This document shows, piece by piece, positions 9,241-18,010 of a stretch of 64,000 nt of DNA (position 1 is the stretch's first letter; each line of letters starts with the position of its first letter). The DNA comes from Candidatus Altiarchaeota archaeon. Its GTDB lineage: Archaea; Altiarchaeota; Altiarchaeia; IMC4; SCGC-AAA252-I15. Where the stretch lies: NCBI GenBank assembly GCA_043800705.1, contig JAZDMS010000021.1, forward strand, positions 1-64,000. Direction: 5' to 3'. Below the pieces are notes generated by a model that saw nothing but the letters and a program-made list of their open reading frames with translations, ran no database searches and had not been told where the DNA came from. A program made the position numbers and the translations under genes.

Positions 9241-9759
9241 TCATTCCTGGGGGTATAGATTTTCCAGGACGTATTTCAAGTTGGCCTTGTAGTTTTCGTC
9301 GTTGCCGACATATTCTACTCTCTTGGCGCGGGATTTTATCATCTGCTTTGTCAGCTTATGCTTCTGTATGCAGGAGTGTATATCACTTATGTCTCTGTCA
9401 TTCAGGCGTCCAATCTTCGAGACCACAATATCCAAGGGGTGCAGGGCGTATAGTCGGATGTTCTTGAATCCATGCTTTATGGGAATCCTCATAGTCGTCC
9501 AATCAGCAGGGAGCTGTTGGCTGAAGACCATGCCGCCGTGGAATAGGTCGATTTTATACCCATGACTGATGCTCTCCAAGGTCTTCCTGAATCGCTCCAG
9601 GTGCTTGGTTTCGACGTCGAAGTCTATATCCATGGTCGAATCCTTCAGCCCAAGAAGCGTCATGGCAGTGCCCCCGACTGCTGTAAGCTCCACAGGTTCC
9701 TTAAGCTCTTTGTCCACTACAGCCAGGAATTCAATTAGTTTGTCAGCTTCAAGCGGCAT
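9241..9759 (-). CDS. DUF6036/AbiEii-like nucleotidyltransferase
   Basis: VGGTAM..LGLKDSTMDIDF motif and DIVVSKIGRLNDRDISD. Confidence 0.8.
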   Translation of the reverse strand: MPLEADKLIEFLAVVDKELKEPVELTAVGGTAMTLLGLKDSTMDIDFDVETKHLERFRKTLESISHGYKIDLFHGGMVFSQQLPADWTTMRIPIKHGFKNIRLYALHPLDIVVSKIGRLNDRDISDIHSCIQKHKLTKQMIKSRAKRVEYVGNDENYKANLKYVLENLYPQE

Positions 9760-10834
9760 CGTATTTCCTCAACGTTTCAAGAAGGTCTTGGGCTGATGTC
9801 CGGGTATCAATGCCCCACCTTCCTGAAGTCGTATTAGATTTCAATTGTGTGTAGAAGACATTGAATATGATAAGACCTTGACTTAAAGCGGTCTGTTTCT
9901 TATCGTCTTGAGTAAGCTCCTTGACGGAGTCTATGAGGTAGCCTAACATGCTGAGTTTATTGTGTTTCAATCCTAGATACAGGAGCAGACGAATGTTTAT
10001 TTTGTTCTTGCCTATCAAGACTGCTGCCGCCTCTGTGAGTCTCGCGTCGTCTTTCAAGAGGCATGCCATTATAGTGGTTTCAATATTCAGGTCTGCGGTC
10101 TTCTCTGACGATATTTTAGTGAAGGCTGTATAACCGAATCTCTCCAGATTCCAATAAAGCTCCTGTTCGCTGATTTTCCTGGGTTCAATTTCTTCGGCTG
10201 GCGATGTCGGCGGGGTTTGGGAGACAATCCTCCAGAAGCCGGACTGATTCTCCAAGACAACCTTGTCCGTTAGTATCTCCTTTGCTTGATTGTAGCCTTC
10301 GCTCTGAAGCATCGTCTTAAACTCCTCCTCGGTGAGAATCAAGGAGTAAACCTTTAGGTTGTTTTTCTTGGAAATCTCTTGAATACGTCTACAAAGCCCT
10401 TCAGCTGCTAAATCAGAGTCTATCAGGAATAAAATCTCGGCAGTGTTCAGTTTTGCGTTTTTCTCAGGCCGGATGATAGCGGTCGCCTTTAGGTTAATGT
10501 CTCGAATGGATTCTATGTCTCTGAGCAGCTGCTCCTCGCCCTTGTTCTTCTCAAGGAACTCCTTTTTCCCCCTCAGCTCCATGGATGCAAGTTCGTCAAT
10601 CGTCCCTGGGTTGGTCAACCTCAGATAAAGCAGCGAAGTCATGCCGGTCTTCTCAATCTTTATGATTCCCTCATCTTTGAGCTTCTGGCATTTGTCGTAT
10701 ATGTTCTTGTAGTATGCCGTATACCCTAACTCCCGTATGCGCCTAACTAACTCGCTTATGGACTGCCCCCTGTCAAGCCTTCTGGAAAGGGCATACAACA
10801 CCCTATAAGTTGTAGAATCCATGTTATTTCCCAT
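9749..10834 (-). CDS. wHTH-containing protein with a degenerate NTase-like middle domain, partner of the DUF6036 gene
   Basis: N-terminal SISELVRRI..YYKNIYDKCQKLKDEGIIKIEK wHTH; overlaps the start of the NTase gene. Confidence 0.65.
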   Translation of the reverse strand: MGNNMDSTTYRVLYALSRRLDRGQSISELVRRIRELGYTAYYKNIYDKCQKLKDEGIIKIEKTGMTSLLYLRLTNPGTIDELASMELRGKKEFLEKNKGEEQLLRDIESIRDINLKATAIIRPEKNAKLNTAEILFLIDSDLAAEGLCRRIQEISKKNNLKVYSLILTEEEFKTMLQSEGYNQAKEILTDKVVLENQSGFWRIVSQTPPTSPAEEIEPRKISEQELYWNLERFGYTAFTKISSEKTADLNIETTIMACLLKDDARLTEAAAVLIGKNKINIRLLLYLGLKHNKLSMLGYLIDSVKELTQDDKKQTALSQGLIIFNVFYTQLKSNTTSGRWGIDTRTSAQDLLETLRKYDAA

Positions 10835-11172
10835 AGATAGTATTATTACTATAACATTATAGTTTAAATACTATAACTTCTCCCGTAGGGCTAATAGGCT
10901 ATCCCTTGTTTGTTTCATCCAACAGTAATTATATGGATCCCTCTTTGTTTGTCTCTGAAAATGTTAGCGACAGGGAGGGACAAATGAGCCAACTCACGAG
11001 AAAAAGGTTTGTCTTCTGGAGGATTGCGTAAGGATATAAAAGTACAATGGAGAAGGATCAACACGGCTCAACTTCCCTAAAATTTTATTTATTACGATAA
11101 GATACTATCTGATTACAGGAAAGCGCACGGGATCTTACGCGAATAGTGGTTTAGTATAACGCATATCCTGTT

Positions 11173-11186
11173 GCCCGCCATCGACA
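11173..11186 (+). repeat. distal degenerate att-like remnant
   Basis: GCCCGCCATCGACA versus GCCCGCCATCGGCA of sites 2 and 3; lies near the shift to GC-rich backbone. Confidence 0.55.
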
Positions 11187-11299
11187 AATTTTGTGTTGTT
11201 CAGACGCAGTATCCGTTGTGGCATGTTTCGTAGCCGTTGCAGCTGAGGTCGCTAACGCATTCATCCCCTTTTGGCTCGTGGTTTATGAAATTTTCTGCT

Positions 11300-11828
11300 T
11301 GGCCTATGCTCGAACCTCCACCGGGGCTCCGCAACCGCAACAAAGGCAGCCGCTGACCAGGAGGACACAGATGAAGAAGGCCATAATCGTTGTCGTCATC
11401 GCTGCAATCGCCTACCGGATGCGGAGAGCAGGAAAGTAGCTCCAGATTATTGGGGGGAATGATGCCGCTGAATCTGTCGGAGGGTATAAGTCTTCAGATG
11501 TGATGCCATTAGGGATTACTGCGCTGAAGGCCAGCCAAGATGCAGGGAATTCGAGGCCGGCGGCACAATCCCGTCCCTGGCGACCACGACCCTGCCAGCC
11601 TTGCCTGCCAAGTGCTCCTCCAAAAGCGACTGCCCGCCGGACCGGGTAGAATTCGACTGCGGCCCGGAGGGGAACGTTGTGGAAAAGTCCACCAAATATT
11701 TCTGCGCCCTCTATTCCGGGTCGCGTTGCATCGGCAGCAACATGACCAAGGACGCGGACAGATGCGGTCATGAGGAGTCCTGCATCAGGGGCCGAAAGAC
11801 ATGCCAGCTAAAGGAGGCTGGAGACTGA
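11300..11828. pseudogene. remnants of Cys-rich lipoprotein/surface protein genes
   Basis: Minus-strand fragment VLLVSGCLCCGCG and plus-strand Cys-rich fragment KCSSKSDCPPD..CGP..C, each without a full ORF. Confidence 0.35.
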
Positions 11829-11933
11829 ATGCAATAGGCACTCTATCACAGATGAGACCGCCTTTCCGGTTACCGCCGGGGAAGGGGGGGATTTTTATCC
11901 GACCACAACCTATTAACGATCGTTAAGTACGGT

Positions 11934-12803
11934 GTGTTTATGGACTTTAGGATAGGCCAGGGAAGCCTCGTCGCCCTCTTCGTCGTTGCGGCCCTTACGA
12001 TGTTTCTTTCAGTGTGGCAGAACTCGTCCGATGCGCTCAAGTACGGTCTGATAGCCCGGGTCTTCGATCCGCTTGTGGCTGTCAGCTCCTTTGTACTGGG
12101 CATACTGGTCTCGCTCCTTTTCCAGTGGGGCATCCATGCCGCGCACTTCGAGAAGATCATGAGGCTCCTGCCGGTCGGGCAGCAGAAGGTCCTTGAGGTA
12201 CTGTGCAGGAGCAGGTCGGTCACGATGGAATACCTATGCTATGCGTCGAGGCTGCCGAAGAACACGGTGTCGAAGGCCCTTTCCTTGCTGCAGACGAAGG
12301 ACTTCATCAAAAAAGCCCGTGACAGCAATCAGGGCCTGGTGGAGTCACGCATCTTCGTGATGCAGCACGCTACCGACACGCTGAAGAGGCTCTCCGGGAT
12401 AACGGAGGGGCGGCTTTTCATCGCATTGGCTGCGGTCTTCGTATTCGGCATGGCTTTCTCAATGCTGAACAGCTACCATACGATGGTCCTTCAGCACCCC
12501 TTCAAGCCCACGGCATATGTGCTTTCCGGTGAGTTCATCGTCTTGGGCGGGCTTTCCTCCATCCTTGCCAGGAGATTCATAACCAACCGCCATTTCCAGA
12601 AGGCGATCTCCGTGCTTCCGGACGACGAGCAGAAGCTTTTGAGGCATATTTTCACCGCAAAATCCGTCACCCAGCATGAACTCGTCCTCAGGACCGGCAT
12701 GTACAAGATGAAGGTGTCGAGAATCCTGAGGAAGTTTCAGGAGAAGGGCCTCATAGACCGGATGCCGTACGGATATACTAATCTGATAATATCCAGGATT
12801 TAG
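11934..12803 (+). CDS. membrane-bound transcriptional regulator with two tandem (2TM + wHTH) modules
   Basis: Internal duplication HFEKIMRLLPVGQQKVL / HFQKAISVLPDDEQKLL; VTQHELVLRTGMYKMKVSRIL..KGLIDRMPYGYTNLI wHTH. Confidence 0.8.
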   Translation: MFMDFRIGQGSLVALFVVAALTMFLSVWQNSSDALKYGLIARVFDPLVAVSSFVLGILVSLLFQWGIHAAHFEKIMRLLPVGQQKVLEVLCRSRSVTMEYLCYASRLPKNTVSKALSLLQTKDFIKKARDSNQGLVESRIFVMQHATDTLKRLSGITEGRLFIALAAVFVFGMAFSMLNSYHTMVLQHPFKPTAYVLSGEFIVLGGLSSILARRFITNRHFQKAISVLPDDEQKLLRHIFTAKSVTQHELVLRTGMYKMKVSRILRKFQEKGLIDRMPYGYTNLIISRI

Positions 12804-12870
12804 GGACTTGGGTTGGCGGGGTTTCTTGAAAAGGATGCCGGGACGTCTCCCGGTCCTCTTGCATTCATGC

Positions 12871-13323
12871 CTATGATGCGGAGGTCACCTTCGGCTGTCC
12901 TTTGGCCTGGACTTTGGTCTGGATTTGGGCCTGCTGTCTCGCCTCCTGCAGACGCGTCAGTTGTTCTGCTAATGCTGTCTCTTTTGGTTTGACATATGCT
13001 GCCTGGATTTTAACGGCCTCGTTCACGCCGTCGGATACAGAGGCTGCCTGGACCTTTGCGGGCCCTGAAGAGACGGCCTCCCGCATGAGCCTGACCTTTT
13101 CCTGCTCGAGGGCGAGTTGGGCCTGCATGTCCGCCTGGGCGGCCTCCAGCTGCGTCTTCTGGCCTTCAAGCTGCCGGTATCGCTTGATGAAGAGCGCTAT
13201 GTCCCTGTCCAGGGCGTCTATCTTCTTGCCGTAGGCGTCGTCCAGGTATGCGGTCCCGAGGGCATATGACAGGACGAGGCCGCATATCGCGGCAGCCATC
13301 GCAGTTTTCAGGAGTTTTCCCAT
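12871..13323 (-). CDS. membrane-anchored coiled-coil protein with C-terminal VTSAS, putative flavinylation substrate
   Basis: N-terminal TM, coiled coil and terminal motif resembling [ST]GA[ST]; lies in the apbE cluster. Confidence 0.7.
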   Translation of the reverse strand: MGKLLKTAMAAAICGLVLSYALGTAYLDDAYGKKIDALDRDIALFIKRYRQLEGQKTQLEAAQADMQAQLALEQEKVRLMREAVSSGPAKVQAASVSDGVNEAVKIQAAYVKPKETALAEQLTRLQEARQQAQIQTKVQAKGQPKVTSAS

Positions 13324-13339
13324 TTTTTGTCCTCCGGTG

Positions 13340-14023
13340 CTATGATGCCCCCGTCACTATCGTCGTGGTCGTCGGCTGCGTCGTAGTCGGCGCTTGTGTG
13401 GTCGTGGTCTGCGTCGGAGCCGTTGTCGATGTCGGGGGCGGGCTCGTCGTCGTTGTCTGCGGTTGCGTCGTCGTTGTCTGCCTTAGGGTGGTCGTAGTCT
13501 GCGAGGCCGATGTTATCAGCGTCGTCGACGTCGACGTGGTTGAACCCCTTTCCGGGGGCGAGCCGGATGCGCTAGTGACCCGGGTGGGCGAAGTCGACGA
13601 ATCATACTCGTTGGAGACGGTTTCGTACGCTCCGGGTCCCTGTTTCCTGATATCGACTAGCCGCCCTACAAGGGATGCTATCCCTTCCGGCGGGTTTTCG
13701 ATGGGTTCGGCCTCCATGAGGCTGATGCCAGTTGTCTTGTACGCGGCAGGATACGGCGCCATTGAGGCCTGTATGGCCTCGAGGTAGCTCATCTTATCCC
13801 TTTCAGCCTCGATCTTTTTAGCCAACGCCGGCATATCGGATGCGATGGCCTCGTTGTCCTGGGTGAGCTTTCTGTTTCTGGAATCGTACAGTTTTACGTC
13901 TCGTTCCAGGATGTCGACCTTTTTCTTGTATGAGTCGTCCATGTAGGATGCGAGACCCAGGGTAAATGCTGCCATTACCGCGACGGTCGCGATTGCAAAC
14001 GCCGATTTTACGTATTTGTTCAT
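13340..14023 (-). CDS. membrane-anchored coiled-coil/Thr-rich protein with C-terminal VTGAS, putative flavinylation substrate
   Basis: N terminus paralogous to 12871-13323 (YMDDSYKKKVDILERDVKLY / YLDDAYGKKIDALDRDIALF); internal VTSAS and terminal VTGAS. Confidence 0.72.
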   Translation of the reverse strand: MNKYVKSAFAIATVAVMAAFTLGLASYMDDSYKKKVDILERDVKLYDSRNRKLTQDNEAIASDMPALAKKIEAERDKMSYLEAIQASMAPYPAAYKTTGISLMEAEPIENPPEGIASLVGRLVDIRKQGPGAYETVSNEYDSSTSPTRVTSASGSPPERGSTTSTSTTLITSASQTTTTLRQTTTTQPQTTTTSPPPTSTTAPTQTTTTQAPTTTQPTTTTIVTGAS

Positions 14024-14071
14024 ATCTCACCTCTTATACGGACTGCTATGGTCTTTCCCCAATGCCTTATG

Positions 14072-14785
14072 TCATTTGACGATCCCCAAGATGGCGAAAA
14101 ACCTGATGAACCACGGCCTTTCATCCTTTGAGGCTGCAGTTTCCGTTTTCACGGGTATCGTTTCCGCCGCCGGCATTTCGAGAGCAGGTTCGAGCCCCGA
14201 AGGCGCGGAACCTCCCAGGGTCGTGTTGGCCGCCGGTTCCCCGCCGTACACATTAGTGTATGCGGCCTTCTCTATCATGTCCTTCTTGGCGGCGTTTTGT
14301 TCCTTGAACTCCTGCGATGCGGCCAGATAGGCCTCCCTGGACTTGAGCGCCTTGAGCTCCTCCAGTATCGCCTGCATGTTGGCGTCCTGCCTCTCCTGCT
14401 GCGCCTTCAGGGACATCAGCTCTGCCAGCAGGCCGTCCAGGAACTCCACGACTTTCGGGTCGGTGGTCGCGTTCTGCATCAGCATTATTCTCTGCGTCGG
14501 AAGCACCCGTACGATCGGCTCCCCCGACGTAGGCGATGATGCTGCGCTTCCGCCGCCGTCGTCTTTCACGCTTGATGAGGACCTGTCTTCGTCGTCGCTT
14601 TCGCGGGCTTCCGGGGCCTTCGGCGTTTCCCTTGGCCGCACACCATCCGACGGGCGTTCATCATCGTCATCGTCTTCGTCCTCGTCCTCGGCGTAGACGG
14701 CGTGTATGGCATTCATTATCAGCAAACCCGCCACCAGCATCGCCGGCAGCCACGTTTTTTTTCCGAATACTTTATTCTTTCCCAT
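14072..14785 (-). CDS. secreted acidic/coiled-coil protein
   Basis: Signal peptide, poly-D/E tract, coiled coil and C-terminal amphipathic WFIRFFAILG; start uncertain. Confidence 0.65.
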   Translation of the reverse strand: MGKNKVFGKKTWLPAMLVAGLLIMNAIHAVYAEDEDEDDDDDERPSDGVRPRETPKAPEARESDDEDRSSSSVKDDGGGSAASSPTSGEPIVRVLPTQRIMLMQNATTDPKVVEFLDGLLAELMSLKAQQERQDANMQAILEELKALKSREAYLAASQEFKEQNAAKKDMIEKAAYTNVYGGEPAANTTLGGSAPSGLEPALEMPAAETIPVKTETAASKDERPWFIRFFAILGIVK

Positions 14786-14878
14786 TTTCATCCATGCGCC
14801 GGGTCTTGCGGATTCGGCGCATGCGTTCACCTCCTTTGTTTCAGCGCAGGCGCTGCGCCGTTGTGATGTCATTAGCCT

Positions 14879-14946
14879 GTTACCGAGGATGTCCTCGACC
14901 GTTACAGCCGCGTATTTGGCGTTACCGGACCGGTTTAGGGTGTTAC
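14879..14946. promoter_or_regulatory. four phased GTTAC motifs, putative operator
   Basis: GTTAC at 14879, 14901, 14921 and 14942 (spacing 22/20/21) in an intergenic gap. Confidence 0.45.
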
Positions 14947-14956
14947 CGCGAGTGGC

Positions 14957-15724
14957 TCATATGAAGAGCTCCTGCGGGGGGAGGAGGGTGTCCAGGCGCT
15001 CCCATATCCCGAGGGCGTGCGAGGCGAAGAGGATGAACACAAGGAACATGAGGACGAACAATGCGGCTGCCATCCAGACCTCGGCCTGGTCGGATAGGAT
15101 GTTGAATGCGCCGTTCAGCGCCCGGGCCATAAGGAGGCCTGAGATTGTACACAGGGATAGGACCATTAGGGGGGAGAACATCCAGCTTAGGGAGGATGCC
15201 TTCATGTCGGTGCCGAGGTTGACTGCGTGCGCGTATCCCATATAGTATGCGACATAGCCGAGGAGGTGCGTCAGCTTCCACCGGGGGAATCCGATGAACC
15301 GGATGGTCCTCGGACCCGATGTCGCAGCCACGGCCGCCATAAGGTAGAATGCGAGTGTGCCGAGCGAGAGGAATACGAGCCATTTGTCCGAGAACGAGAA
15401 CCCGAGGTATTGTGTGATGTTAAGGTGGGGGCCCCACTTGTAGTTGTCCAGTACGCCGGCGATGAAGTGGGCGAATGTTGTCACTACCGCCGCCACCGCG
15501 ACAGGCTTGTGGAAACGGAACAGCGGGAACTGGGATTTGCCCTTTGTTAGGATCCTCCATTCCCCGCTGCCGACCGCTAGGAAGAGGAGCAGATAGGCGC
15601 CAATGCCGAAGGCCCTCGTCTCATACCATATTATCGCGGTGTCCCTGACAAAAAGCGAGAATAGGAGAAACACAAACAATGCAGCGGTCCCGCCGACGCC
15701 CAAAACCAGAGCCTTAGCCTCCAT
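14957..15724 (-). CDS. ferric reductase-like (MsrQ-like) heme-binding membrane protein
   Basis: WYETRAFGIGAY, FRFHK..FAH and RWKLTHLLGYVAYYMGYAHA give the conserved His pattern. Confidence 0.85.
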   Translation of the reverse strand: MEAKALVLGVGGTAALFVFLLFSLFVRDTAIIWYETRAFGIGAYLLLFLAVGSGEWRILTKGKSQFPLFRFHKPVAVAAVVTTFAHFIAGVLDNYKWGPHLNITQYLGFSFSDKWLVFLSLGTLAFYLMAAVAATSGPRTIRFIGFPRWKLTHLLGYVAYYMGYAHAVNLGTDMKASSLSWMFSPLMVLSLCTISGLLMARALNGAFNILSDQAEVWMAAALFVLMFLVFILFASHALGIWERLDTLLPPQELFI

Positions 15725-16589
15725 GGCATGCCTCCTGCACGAGAATCTTCCTGAAGCCGTTGTAGCTGTATTCGTTCAGGCTCCTGTCGATTGCGTAGGC
15801 CTTTACTTCGGGATGCAGGTGGAGGAACTTCGCGGCCTGCGCGGACCCGAGGAAGTAGACGCATGACGCGATCGCGTCGGCGTCCGCGAGCAGGTCGCCG
15901 ACGACGGTGACGGAGCAGAAGTCGCTTTCCCCGACCAGGTGGCTCGTCTCGTATGAGCCGTAGTATTGGTTGTAGTCGCCGGATGTGGCCACGGACGCAT
16001 CCCTCAGCAGGAACGGGTTGATCGTCCTTTGCCGGTCCCTCGGATGCTGGATGGCTACCGTCTCCGTCCTAGGCCCGAAGACCCTCATGTCGCCCCTGGC
16101 GTCGACCAGCCCTCCTTCTATCCCCAATCCGGCCATATAGTCGATTATCCTGTCTGCGGCGTATCCTTTTGCGATGCTGCCTAGGTCCAGGAGCGCGTCC
16201 GGGTGCAGGAGGGATATCCTCCGGCCTGAGACTTTGACGTCATGGTATGTGGAAGTGATGTCTGGCAATTCTTTCCCCTGCTTTCTGGCCAGTGTCCTCC
16301 TTCCGATAGTGATGTCGTATCTTCCTTCAGTCTCGGAGGAGTAGGATAGGCCTTTCCCTATGACTTCTGCAAGCTCCTTCGAGGCCTTGATGTCTCGTTC
16401 CCTGTTGAGCTTAGCTAGCTCGCTTCCGGGGTCGAAGAAGTCGAATATCCCCTGGATGCGCCGGCCTTCCTTTTCCAGGTCGTCGAATATGTCGGAGAAG
16501 AAGGCTTCGGCGGACGGGTGGTCGACGTCGTGGACCGCGACGACGACCTTACCGCCCATTAGGGGCATAGTCCTGATCATATCCGTCAT
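15714..16589 (-). CDS. apbE: FAD:protein FMN transferase
   Basis: DPGSELAKLN, YDITIG, LDLGSIAKGYAAD, VATSGDY and ADADAIAS motifs. Confidence 0.95.
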   Translation of the reverse strand: MTDMIRTMPLMGGKVVVAVHDVDHPSAEAFFSDIFDDLEKEGRRIQGIFDFFDPGSELAKLNRERDIKASKELAEVIGKGLSYSSETEGRYDITIGRRTLARKQGKELPDITSTYHDVKVSGRRISLLHPDALLDLGSIAKGYAADRIIDYMAGLGIEGGLVDARGDMRVFGPRTETVAIQHPRDRQRTINPFLLRDASVATSGDYNQYYGSYETSHLVGESDFCSVTVVGDLLADADAIASCVYFLGSAQAAKFLHLHPEVKAYAIDRSLNEYSYNGFRKILVQEACHGG

Positions 16590-16811
16590 TTTCGGCGCCT
16601 CCCCGAGGGTCGCATAACATCCGGCAACATAGAAAATAACAATCGTTAACTACCGAGTAATGGTGTGGACGCGATTATAAACACCGGCGTTACCTCAACG
16701 TAAGCGGGTACTTTTCAGCCAAAAACACCCATTGGACGCAGAATTAGGGGATTAGCCCTTGAAGAGGCCGCGGGATGGGAGAGCCTTATCACGGATGCGA
16801 ACGGCCGACAC

Positions 16812-18008
16812 TCATTTATTGATGTGCACTACCTTCGCAGGCGGGAATCCGTTGAAGAACGTCGAGGACGCGTGCGAGTAGGCTCCGATGTTCTCGGCGT
16901 ATACGAGGTCGCCTATCTCGAGTTCGGGCAGCTCTGCGCTCAGCGTTATTGTGTCGAATGCGTCGCATGTGGGTCCGAAGACCGCTGACACCTGCGTCTG
17001 CCCCTCCTTGAACGCATGAACCGGATAGTTGCAGTGGTCGAACACCTGACCGGAGAATGTGTGGTAGACGCCGTCGTTGATGTAGTAGCACGGCTTTCCG
17101 TCGCGGAAGGCCTTGCCGATGACCTTTGCGACGAGCGTGCACGCGTTGGCGACCATGAACCTGCCCGGCTCCGCGAGGATCTCTATATCGGGGGTGAATA
17201 TCCTCTTGGCCTCGGTGTTCAGCCTCTTGGCCAGGGCCTTGAACGACTTTACCGTAGGGTTGTATTTGACCGGGAATCCGCCGCCTATGTCGAGTATCTT
17301 GATCCTCTGCCCCGCCCTGGATTCCGCCTCCTTGATGATGTTGGATGAAAGCTGCAGCGCCTGGACGTAGTTGTCGAAGTTGGTGCACTGGCTGCCGACG
17401 TGGAAGCTTAGGCCTTCGACGACGAGGCCGGTCCCGAAGGCCTCCATTATCAGGTCCACCGCCTCGCCGGGGTCTGCGCCGAACTTGGAGGAGAGCTCGA
17501 CCATCGATCCGGTGTTCGGGACGCGTATCCTCAGGACCAGGCCCGCGTTGGGGGCATGCTGCCTGATCTTCCGAAGCTCGTCGATATTGTCGAATGTGAC
17601 GAGGGGCTTGTATTTGTCGAGTGCCACGAGCGTGTCTATCGGCTTAATGGTGTTGGCGTAGATGATCTTGTCCCATATCCAGTCCTGCCGTTCCTTGTCG
17701 GGCATGTCCTTGATGTTCTCGTGGACGGCCATGAACTCCGGCATGGATGCGACGTCGAAGCTCGCCCCAAGCAGGAAGAGCGTCCTGATAATCTCGGGGT
17801 TGGAGTTGGCCTTGACGGCGTAATAGGCCTGGACGTCGGGGAGGTGTTCCTTGAATTCGCGGTAGTTCTGCCTGATCTTCTCGTGGTCGATGACGAAGAT
17901 GGGGGTGCCGTGCTCCTTTGCGAGCTCCTGCAGGAGGCCCTTCTGCGCCTCGTCCACCCTGGGGACCCCGTTGCCCTTTTTCGCGTCCTTCCTGGGTTCT
18001 TCGTCCAT
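16812..18008 (-). CDS. ornithine/lysine decarboxylase (fold type III PLP)
   Basis: YAVKAN, FDVAS, FHVGSQC, LDIGGGF, EPGRF and GPTCDAFD motifs; true start taken at MDEEPRK (18008). Confidence 0.93.
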   Translation of the reverse strand: MDEEPRKDAKKGNGVPRVDEAQKGLLQELAKEHGTPIFVIDHEKIRQNYREFKEHLPDVQAYYAVKANSNPEIIRTLFLLGASFDVASMPEFMAVHENIKDMPDKERQDWIWDKIIYANTIKPIDTLVALDKYKPLVTFDNIDELRKIRQHAPNAGLVLRIRVPNTGSMVELSSKFGADPGEAVDLIMEAFGTGLVVEGLSFHVGSQCTNFDNYVQALQLSSNIIKEAESRAGQRIKILDIGGGFPVKYNPTVKSFKALAKRLNTEAKRIFTPDIEILAEPGRFMVANACTLVAKVIGKAFRDGKPCYYINDGVYHTFSGQVFDHCNYPVHAFKEGQTQVSAVFGPTCDAFDTITLSAELPELEIGDLVYAENIGAYSHASSTFFNGFPPAKVVHINK

Positions 18009-18010
18009 TT

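Larger units (their letters stand above)
283..11186. mobile_element. tRNA-Met-anchored accessory island / cassette array
   Basis: Repeated tRNA 3'-end copies at ~1174, 3617/3661, 5611, (6985), 9120 and 11173. Gene blocks differ in composition and orientation and include TA modules and gene remnants. Confidence 0.75.

Noticed and set aside
260-11186. CRISPR or classical attC interpretation of the repeated sites
   Set aside because: Spacing is kilobases with whole genes between copies, the repeats derive from the tRNA end, no cas or intI gene is in the window, and no consistent RYYYAAC/GTTRRRY boxes were seen.
13360-13540. GTC/ACG-rich low-complexity repeats
   Set aside because: They simply encode the Thr-rich linker of 13340-14023.
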